Below, in pieces: positions 47,258 through 57,009 of a stretch of 64,000 nt of DNA. The position numbers were made by a program, and so were the translations under genes. The stretch covers positions 59,088,001 to 59,152,000 of the forward strand of contig NC_058382.1 in assembly GCF_018350175.1 (NCBI RefSeq), given 5' to 3'. Position 1 is the first letter of the stretch. Every line of letters starts with the position of its first letter. This DNA is from Felis catus (Eukaryota). The notes under the pieces are model-generated. The model worked only from the letters and a program-made list of their open reading frames with translations, made no database searches and had not been told where the DNA came from.

Positions 47258-48949
47258 CTATCCTGGACAGATGCGGCGGAGAAACTCTCTGATCAGATCA
47301 CAGTTTGGAAGTTGTCTACAAGTGACGGGGTGAACTATGTTGATACCTGGTGGGGTGAATGTTTGGAGGGAACGACAAGTGCCAAGGTCCTGAGGCAGGA
47401 TTGGGGGTGCTATGCTGGGGACTCAGCACAGAGGCAGTGTGGCTGGGGCTGCATTTCTAGCTCACGGCTTCAGGCTTTTTTGACAGTGGCTCTGTGTACC
47501 CCGTCAGAAATCTTTGGGGAGGCACAGCCAGGGAGCCAACGTGTTTGCAGTGACTGGGCGAATCTTACGCTTCTAAGCCAGTGGACGGGAGAAGTTCAGT
47601 CTGTGGAGCAGAGATTCAGGTAGGAACCCCGAGACGCCCTCTACACGAGCTGGGGTCTACACAGTATATTCTCCCAGACATCGGCTCTTTGTGGGGGGCA
47701 CGAAACACACACATTATCTAGAAATCAAAAATGTAGTGGCAATTCATCTTTCTGTAATGAAAACTTGCCCACATGTGGGAGGTGCTTTCTACAGCAGTCC
47801 TAGCCGACTGACAACCTTCACGATCCGATAGAACAAGCCTTCGCCCACACCCGGTTCGGCGGGCTGGGTCCCAGCGAGGACTCGGGCAGAGATCACCTCC
47901 GGTTCTGGGCGCGAGAATCAAAAACGAGCATTGGGGGTGGGGAAGGGGCAGAGGGGCAGAGAAAGGCCAGAGGGCCGGCTCTGGGTTAGATTGGCGTTTG
48001 GATGAAATGTCGGTCCCCGATATCACACACATGGGCGGAGTGGAGGAACATTTGAAGCTGTTATTGAGGCTGGAAGTTAAAATCCGAGCGTGCGGAGCAG
48101 AGAAGTAGGTGGTGCGTCCGGAGAGCCCAGGCTCTGCGTTGGACGGTCCAGGAGCAGAGCCACAGCTCGGGCCGCGTGGCCGTGGACTCACTTTGGCTGA
48201 AGCACAGGGACAGCAGGGACACAGGGCCCCCAGCGTGGCTCCGGGGAGCAAGGAACGGAGTGGCGGAGGGTGACACGTGAGACAGCGGGAAACCCTGAGA
48301 TGGTCGCGGCTAACGGGAAGGGAGAGGCTAGAAGAGCTCCTGGCTAGCGGGGAGAAGGCGGTGGACACGGAGGGCAGGCACCGGGGATGCCGCGGGATGA
48401 GCGGTGAGCACATTCAGGCCACCCACCCCCCACGAAAGCCAGGCGGGCCAGAAGCGCCCCCCGCGCGCCAGGAAGCCACAGACAACACGACACGGCCCAA
48501 CCGCATTCCTGGAGAGCCCATGTCAAGGGGAGAGGGAAAGCTGGTCTGAAACGCGTCTGCCGCTCATAGGGCAGATGACCCAGGAGGTTCTCCGAGGGAA
48601 AGAAAGTGGGACAAAGATTACGAAGTCCAGACAAGTTGCCTTTCAGTAGGAAGACGACAGACGCAGGTGAGTTCTAAAACAACACGAGAAAACGCTGGAC
48701 GTCCCGCTCACGAGTCCCACGTAGGGCGCGGACAGACCATTATAAATGATTGCAGAAAAAATGAAATCCATCTGAATACGGGATTTTGCCCACTTGGGGC
48801 CGTTGTTGCGGAACAGGACGTTACGCAGTACAAACGCTGAATATGGGGCCCCACACGCGGGGCGCTGCCGTGTCAGAATACAGCTTCCATGGCGTGACCC
48901 TGCCCGGGGGCACAGACACAGGTGGTCAGCGGCCCCAGGGCCCTTCTTT

Positions 48950-49173
48950 TTTTTTTTTTTTAATTTTTTTTAATGTTTATTTATTTTTTGAGAGACAGAG
49001 ACAGAGAATGAGCGAGGGAGGGACAGAGAGAGAGGGAGACCCAGAAGCCGAAGCAGGCTCCAGGCTCTGAGCCGTCAGCCCAGAGCCCGACGTGGGGCTC
49101 GAACTCACGGACCGTGAGATCGTGACCTGAACTGAAGTCGGACGCTTTACCGACTGAGCCACCCAGGTGCCCC
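48950..49173 (-). mobile_element. Can-SINE
   Basis: Antisense SINE with long T tail; diverged TSD AGGGCCCTTCTTT / AGGACCCCCTCTTT. Confidence 0.95.
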
Positions 49174-49554
49174 AGGACCCCCTCTTTCCAACGGGAAGGT
49201 CACACAGCGCCACCTTAAGGGTGCAGCGGGCAGAAACACTGCCTCTGGGCTCCTTTGTCAGCTTAGAGCGACTTCCAGAAATTATCCTCTTGTGGTAAAG
49301 GATTATTTCAGCAATTCCCTCCATCTTACTTTACACTGTTGTCCAATCAAATTCAAGTGTAAAATGAACACATTTTAATTTAAAAATAGCACGGATGGCT
49401 TTACTCGCGTGCATCAAACGGTCATCCTCTTCAGCTTCCTTCTTGTATACGTACACGGGAAGACGCTGGGAAAGCCAGCCACGCTAATATTATTTTGAAT
49501 CAGTTAACGCATTTTGGGCAATTGGTTTCTTTCTCAGGAAGTTCTGCTTAAATT

Positions 49555-49765
49555 TTTTTTCTAAGTTTGTTTATTTATTTCGAGAGAGACAGAGACAGCA
49601 CGAGTTGGGGAGGGCCAGAGAGAGAGGGAGAGAGAGAATCCCAAGCAGGCTCCGTGCTGCCTGTGCAGAGTCCGACCTGGGGCCCGAACCCACAAACCGT
49701 GAGATTATGACCTGAGCTGAAACCAAGAGTTGGATGCTTAACCGACTGAGCCACCCAGGCGCCCC
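49555..49765 (-). mobile_element. Can-SINE (older)
   Basis: Antisense SINE flanked by TTAAATT on both sides. Confidence 0.93.
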
Positions 49766-49780
49766 TTAAATTCCTTTTTT

Positions 49781-50014
49781 ATTTATTTATTTTTTTTTAA
49801 TTTTTTTTCAACGTTTTTATTTTATTTTTGGGACAGAGAGAGACAGAGCATGAACAGGGGAGGGGCAGAGAGAGAGGGAGACACAGAATCGGAAACAGGC
49901 TCCAGGCTCCGAGCCATCAGCCCAGAGCCTGACGCGGGGCTCGAACTCACGGACCACGAGATCGTGACCTGGCTGAAGTCGGACGCTTAACCGACTGCGC
50001 CACCCAGGCGCCCC
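49781..50014 (-). mobile_element. Young feline Can-SINE
   Basis: Perfect 14-bp TSD TAAATTCCTTTTTT at 49767-49780 and 50015-50028; same diagnostic head as the copies at 13393 and 15323. Confidence 0.97.
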
Positions 50015-52378
50015 TAAATTCCTTTTTTAAAGAAGCAAGCATGAGTGATATTTATAAAATAGCAATGAAGCAACACTTAAAAAGACGTCGCTTATGCCCC
50101 TTTCTTAAAGAAAGAAATCGCAGTGGGGTATGTATTCCAGCTCCCTGAAAGATAAGTCTAAATTAATTAATTATGGGAAACAAGTCCATCATTAGGCAGA
50201 AAATCCTGAATCGCGAAACCAACGTGCACTTAAATAATCAGGAGTCCGGCCTACTTGGAAGGGCCGATGTCAAAATGATCCCTTTTTCTGCTTTTTAATT
50301 TGTTCATTTATTTAACAAAGCATCTGAGTACCTACTATGTGCTGGGCACATAACAGGCTACAGATAAGCCACAGTGTGACATTGAGACAAGACAGAAACA
50401 AAAGTTAAAATCACGAAGGTCAAAAGGAAGCTTCCAGAAAGTGTCCTTCTACGAGGAAGGTTATGGTTGGGATTGCCATGAATATACTCACGCCTCAAAT
50501 AATGCGCCTTTCTCTTTTGATAAGAGGCAAAATCTGTCAGAAAGTATGCTGAGAAGGAAGCAGAAACACAGCGATAAGGAAGTGTAAGCAGAAAAGTTCA
50601 GATGTTTCTCTCTTGGGTTGACGGATTAGATATACAACAGACGTGTGTCAGCCCAGAAGGCATGGCTTCCTCCTTCTTCCCAGGGACTTGACCTTCATTT
50701 TGACCTTGGTCTTCCCCGGGGACACCAAGTGAAGCTCAGCCCTGGGGCCTGCCTGGAAGCCTGGAGCCCGGTCCTAGGGCCGTCTTCCATCAGGTGGCCC
50801 GGCCTCACTGCAGTGACTCCTTCCAGCCTAGTACACGCGCTAGTACACGCCCAGCATTACCCTACGGGACGGAGCCACTTCCTGCCGGGATGCCGGGAGG
50901 AAGCTGGATCCCGGGGGCTGCACTGTCTGCCCCGTGAGGGGCCAGAACCCCGTCAGCCAGCTGGATCCAGAAGCCCGGGAAAGCAAGCCCTGAGTGTTGG
51001 GCCTTGAGCGTTAGGGAAGTGTCCAGAAAGCCTTTCTTACTTCCAGCGTCTTCAGATAGCACTCCGGGTTCTGGCTCCACCCTCCTTGAGGCTGTGGACA
51101 CCCCGGCCCTGTGACCTCCTCCCCGCACCTCCCTGCGGCCTGCAGACGAGGTGGGTGGAGAACGGTCGGCTGCCCTGGTCTGACAAGAGTCCCTAAAATA
51201 GCTCTCATCCAACGGGCAGATTTAGCCTTCCCAAACCATGCCCCGTCCTGGCATCTGTGACATACGGTCACAGAACACAGGGGCTTAGTGTTCCATCTGG
51301 AAGGGTATCGTTAGAGGTAGTCGAAGCTACGAAAGTCGCGGCAAAGACGGAGGCTGTGCTGGGAGATGAGGCAGCCTTCTCTTGCAGCTCCATACGCTTC
51401 GTGGGTGAATGGTGGCTTCACGTCTGGCCTCAGAAGACTCTGCCCTTTACCAGAGGCTGGGTTTGTCCCTGAGCGCCCGCTACGCTGCGGAAAACTTGGG
51501 CCAAGGCTTCAAGTAGGACTTAACTCTTGGTCCCGATACAGCTGTGTATTCATTGTGAGTAAACTGAGGCATGACCGGGGGCCCTGCTGCATGCAGGGGG
51601 TGGGAAGGGGGAGGAAGCCTGACGCTTCCCTGCCATTGCGAGCGTCTGCTTCGGGTCTGGTTCCTGGAACCGACCTGCAGGTGTCTGTCTCCAGCCTCAC
51701 TTTGCCGCAAGCACCTTGAAGTCACAGCTTCGAGGCAAAGCTCTTGTGTGTCAAAGGGACGTTCACGCCTGGTTTCCGGGGGCTCGGTCTTCACACACCA
51801 AAGGGGAGGGTCCCCGTCAGGGGAATACCCAAACCAAAAAGGACCAGGATGTCAGGAGGCCAGGGGACGTGGACAGCTGCGATGGGCAGGGGATGCTGGC
51901 CTTGCCTTGGGGGGGTCAGTAAGTACTCATTTCCCTCTTTGTCTCTCCAGCTTTAGGGTCCTCAAGAGACTCCTCCTGGGGTCCAGAACAGCCGCCAGGA
52001 TGGATGTGCTCAACCTTCTGTCCTCACAAACCATTAGACCCAGCCCCTCCCCAAGACTGGGAAAGCCCACGGAGTGTCTTCCTATTATTAGTTCTTTTCT
52101 ATTTAATTGCACGATTGCTTTTTTGCATATTTACATAAACATATTCTTATATCTTTATTTATAGACCTTTATTATGTTTACCACACAGGTTGACTCTGTT
52201 TCTTTCTGGTGTCCCAGCCCCACCCCGGAACATTGCCTCCAGGGAGAAGGGGCTGTCACGTCCACGGAGGCATCCCAGGGCCACGAGTAGAGCCCGTGGC
52301 CAGTTACCTAGTTACACAGTTGCCCAAAGCCTGTGATCGGAAGGACCGTGGAGGTGAATTGAAAGTGAGGGGCCCCAT

Positions 52379-52555
52379 GGGTTCCCTGCGTAGCTCAGTT
52401 GGTTAAGCATCCGACTTTGGCTCAGGTCATGATCTTGCCATCCTGAGTTCAAGCCCACATCGGGCTCTGTGCTGACAGATCGGAGCTCGGAGCCTGCTTC
52501 AGATTCTCTCTCCCTCTCTCCCTCTCTCTCAAAAATAAACAAACATTAAAAAAAA
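52379..52555 (+). mobile_element. Can-SINE (diverged)
   Basis: SINE head, (CT)n, A tail; TSD AAAGTGAGGGGCCCCA / AAAGTGAGGGATCCCCA. Confidence 0.92.
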
Positions 52556-52939
52556 AAGTGAGGGATCCCCAGAGGTGTTCCCCAGTCTAGCTGGGCTTGC
52601 TGCACAGGCAACATTACGAGAAACAGAATAGAACTCAACGAAATGGGAGAATTGGGGCAGTGGCCGCTGTGCACTGTGGTCCCCACTCAGAGCAGGTGCT
52701 CGGAGAACACCTGCCGGCTCCCTGATGTTGTGTCCCTGGGGTGGCAAGTCCTCCAACAACGGGCAGAGCAGCTAACACACTAGAGGAAGGAGACGGAAGG
52801 CGCAAGGTGGATTTGGAGGCCTCCCCCCACACTGACGTGCTCCCTGGTCCAGAAAGACGTGGCCAGGAACCGTGTGCGGTGTGTCCAGTAAGTTCCAGCA
52901 TGCGCGTATTTGTTCACCCACAAGTATTTCTAGAACACG

Positions 52940-53316
52940 GTACTGGTTTGCAGAATGGCCACAGCAGAGCACCATCGGACCGCCGGCCGGGAGGCTTAAA
53001 CAATGGAGACGGGTTCTCTCACATTTCTAGAGGCCGGAAACCCCAGATCAGGCACGGGCAGGGCTGCTCTCTCCCGAGGCCCCTCTCCCGGCGTGTACTC
53101 GGCCCTCTTCTCCCCGTGTCCCCACGTGGTCGTCATTCTGTGCGCGTCTGTGTCCTGATCTCCTCTTCTTATAAGGCACCAGTCCGGCTGGTTTAGAGGC
53201 CACCCTGCTGATCTTTCCCAGCCCTCATCACCTCTTGAAAGACCCAGTCTCCAAAGACAGTCACATTCTGGGGACTTCAACGCATGAATTTGGGGGCCAC
53301 AACTCAGCCCACAACA
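52940..53316 (-). mobile_element. ERVL-MaLR solo LTR (MLT1B-like)
   Basis: 'GGCTTAAACAA...TCTCTCACATTTCTAGAGGC...CTGTGTCCTGATCTCCTCTTCTTATAAGG...CAGTCACATTCTG...GAATTTGGGGG...CAGCCCACAACA'. Confidence 0.88.
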
Positions 53317-54185
53317 GACACCAAATACGTCTCCAGCTTCTTGTCAGGGGAAAAGCAGACAAGAGCCCTGGTATGGTGCCACTGGGGTCCTACCCGGGAG
53401 GGAGACAGTGAGCCACACGGATCCATGGTGACGAACATGTGAGAAGGGGAGGCAGGGGGCCCGTGGGTGGGTGGGGTTGGCGGTCGTGGAGGCCGCGGGC
53501 CAGGGAGGCCGGACGTCAGAGCGGACACTGTGGCCGAGGCCAGAGAAAGGTGAGGGTGGGCGGGACCGCGTGGCTTGGGGGGAGAAGGCGTGCCCGCGTT
53601 GTGGGCCTGCAGGCCACTGCGAGGACCTGGGCTCTCGCTTTGTTGCTTTTACCAAAGGTTTCCTCCCTCCGAATTTTGTCCTGCGGACATCGGCAGCAAG
53701 TGGGGACACCTTGCTGTCTCTGCCCCTTCGGGAAGCCTGCATGCGGTCTACAGGGCCTGAGTGGCGTACTCTCGCGGATGCAGCCCCTCGAGCCCCTGAC
53801 GGGTGTCAGGCCAGCAGCGATCTTCCCAGCTGGTTGACGTTACCGTGGTCACTGCCATGAAGAACAGGGCTCGCTGACAATGTCAGCCTTTTCTTCAACG
53901 GTCGCCGTGACCCTGACAGAGCGTGAGGCGAGACGCGGGTCGCCAGCCAGCCTTGCGGCAAAACAAAAGCCAAGGAAACGAAACGACGTTAAAAGCCACG
54001 TTGTGCGAGTCCGGCCGCATAAGTTCTCCTCCTGTACAGGTGGCTGAAAAATAAAGTACAAGTAGCTGGGGTGGGGGCACGCAGGGTCCAACGTGGGCTT
54101 GGAAGGAACCTGGAGCAGCGGCGTGGGGCGGCCCGCGGGGACATTTACCGCTGCAGCGGCTTGCAGAGGTAGCACTCATTTCCCG

Positions 54186-54523
54186 TGATTTACAGGACCT
54201 ACCAACTCTTGTTCTGGCTCAGAGTCCTACGGCCTGGGAGACCCCGCCCCCGAGGGGCTGCTAGTGGGGTCGGTGCTCACGGATGGGGTCTGGGCCACTG
54301 GAGCCCACGGGTCACCCCTCGGGAGGGAGACGGCGAGAACAGCAGACTGTTCAGATGCGGGACCGTCCTGTGATTTACGACCCAGGCAAACAGCCCATTA
54401 ATCCAGCAGCGGCCCCGCTTCTATTCATAGCTTCCTGGGGGCAGGGGAACGGCCACTGGAAGTGGTTTTGAACTGTTTCCTGTGGTTTCCCCCACCCCGC
54501 GGGGGCGGGGCTTCTATTTTTAG
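54186..54523. promoter_or_regulatory. Candidate enhancer (PBX-HOX, K50 homeodomain, RUNX, GC box, MEF2 motifs)
   Basis: TGATTTAC 54186, TGATTTACGAC 54371, TAATCC 54399, TGTGGTTT 54481, GGGGCGGGGC 54502, CTATTTTTAG 54514. Confidence 0.4.
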
Positions 54524-55892
54524 AGAGTGTCCCTGACAGCGAAGGCCCAGGCAGCCCCTGATGCCATGTGGGGGCTGTGGGTGACCAGGGCAGACCGAGT
54601 AGGCTCTCCGTTCAGACGGGGTTCTAGAGCAGGAGGCCGCCACTTACTCCTGAAGGAGGCCAGAGGCCCGTCCTGGCCGAGCGACGCTAGGACGCTTCGC
54701 CATGCAACGTGTCACCGTGGCTGGAGAGCCAGGGACCTCCCCACACGAGGGTCCGCGGCCAGCGCCCGCCGTCTGCTCGTCGGCGTTTATCCCGTGCCTT
54801 CCTTGCACATGACCCCACATGGCGCGTTGTTTTCAGACCGACCCCATTTCACATACTCTGTTCTCCTACGGGTGGTGGGTCCTGTCTTGGCTTGTGTAAC
54901 GTGCCCTGTACAAGGGTTCACATGTAAAGCGTTTCGTGGGAGGCGGTCCAGGTGACACCTGTCAGGGAGCAGGCAGGTGATGCGGGAAGGCAGGGGCCGT
55001 AGCCGTGGATGAGGAGAAGAGGCCAGGAGGCCAGGGAGCGAACAGGACGAGGGATTCGCGGAGAGCCGGGCTGGAGAGGGTCCCGCTGAGCGGATTTTCT
55101 TCACCGGTCAGCTTCTCTGGTTCTTATCCCATCACAGACGCACTTGCTCACAGCTGGGGGCTCACACAGCACTCCTCTTGCCGAGCAGGTCGGTGCCGAA
55201 TGTTCCAGGTTCCTGTTCCTTTCTCTCTCCCGGTCTGCTCTCTATCTAAAGTTCAGACTTGGCATCTTATTTCATCCTAAGCTGGCCCTCGCTCAATGCT
55301 ACCCGCCTCCACCAGGGAATACCGCTGGCTGGACGGCTGGAGTTAGAAAGACTGGCCAGGGAGGCTTGTGTGTCGCGGGCAAACCAGATACCGGTCTCGT
55401 CCCTCTCTTATCGAGAGTCTGGCCGGGCACCTGGGCGGGGGCCCCGCATTCCGGGCGGGGAGCTCAGGCGCCCTCGGCAACGACCTATGAGCTGAGCATG
55501 CTGTTCTCGGCCTCTCCAGACGTGGAAACCAAGGCACGGGGAGGGCGTGTGAGTTGTGCAGGAGTGGGGCCAGGGTGTAGAGAAGTGGGTGGGAGAGGCC
55601 CAGTCAGGCCGCGTGCTGCGGCAGGTTCTGCCATGGACCCTGAGGGCCCGGGGAGAACCCCACCCGGACTGTATCCCCCGGTCCGTATCCCAGATCCCCC
55701 AAGGGCTTTCTCAGCAGGTGCAGCGATGGGAACCGGGTTCAGGGACCTCCCTGGCCAGCAGGCGGCCAGGACGGAGGCTCAGCCCTCCCCGGTCCCGGAC
55801 TTAACGTGTGGCGCACCCCCTGGGGCCGGCCCTGGGAATGCTGCCGGCGTCTGTCACAAGCACACACTGGGGCGTGGGCTCGTGGCCAGGGG

Positions 55893-55942
55893 TGCATACG
55901 TGCGTGTGCACACACACACACACACACACAGGCACGCACGTG
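55893..55942. repeat. Alternating purine-pyrimidine tract including (CA)n
   Basis: Direct reading. Confidence 0.9.
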
Positions 55943-56950
55943 AGCGGCAGTGTGCATCGGAGCCCACGGAGGCGTGGGCTTTCTCCCGGAGCAGACAGAG
56001 AGGCGGGCGTGTACCCCTCGACCAGAGGGGAGGAAAGGGGCCGCGTCGGAGTCGCAGCAGCCAAAACCAAGCCCCCTTCAGTCTTCCGTGCCGGAAAGTA
56101 ACAGTGCGTCTTCAGTCTTGTGAAGTGCTGTACTTCGGGGAAAAGGCACTGTGAGGAACCCGGAGTACGGCTGCGACCACGCCCCTCCCAGGGGCCCGGC
56201 CCCCGCCCTGGGATGCCAGGAGGACAGCAGAGCCCACGCTCACCCCGGAGGCTTTCGCCCCTGCCCCGCCGGCCTCACCCCTAGCGTCCCCCGCAGGCGG
56301 CTTTCCGCGTCAACGGAACACAGCAAAAACCTGTCTGGCTTTGCCAGCAGGCGCGTCGACTGGAAAGGCGCGTCTGAAAGGGGTCACCAAAGACGTGCTT
56401 TGGGGACTGAGGAAGGGAGAACCCCAGGAACGCATACGGAAACCGCGCACCAAGGTGGCCCCGAACTGGAAGACATCCAGCTGAGTGAGCCCGGTTAGGA
56501 GAGAAGACGCCCGGTGGGTTTCTGTGTGGTCCAGTCGTGATGAGCTCCAAGTCACCTCTTAGTGAGCGTCTAGAGGAGGCAAATCTGTCCTTAGTCCTAT
56601 ATCTTCAACTATTTGTTCTTCTTTTTCTCTTGTATTAATGCAACTCCCTTTCCTGCTTTAACACACCTTTAACCCTCCTGTCCGCCCACCCAACGTGAAC
56701 TTGTGCCCTCTCAGTATCCCCACGCTGCCGACACCTGTTCCAAAATAAAAACCTGTGTCAGTCATTTACACACTAGTATAAACAAGCAGCAGAAGCGCTC
56801 CTTTTCTGGGCTGGAAGTGACATTTAAGCTCCAACCCGTTCAGGGCTTGAGCCAGCAGCGGGGCCGCGGACCACTCTATCTACAGCTGACATTGCTCCTG
56901 CCTGAGATACATGCAAACATTCTTCTAGCTATATACTCGTCCGGGGTACT

Positions 56951-57009
56951 TGTGCACATCTGTGTGTGTGCGTGCGCATGCACAGGCGTGCACGTGCGCG
57001 CACACACAC
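56951..57009. repeat. Alternating purine-pyrimidine tract (TG/CG/CA), Z-DNA prone
   Basis: TGTGTGTGTGCGTGCGCATGCACAGGCGTGCACGTGCGCGCACACACAC. Confidence 0.85.

Noticed and set aside
55144..56154. Longest ORF (336 aa)
   Set aside because: Non-ATG start, Gly/Pro/Ala/Arg-biased, runs through a (CA)n repeat and has no recognisable domain; expected by chance in GC-rich DNA.
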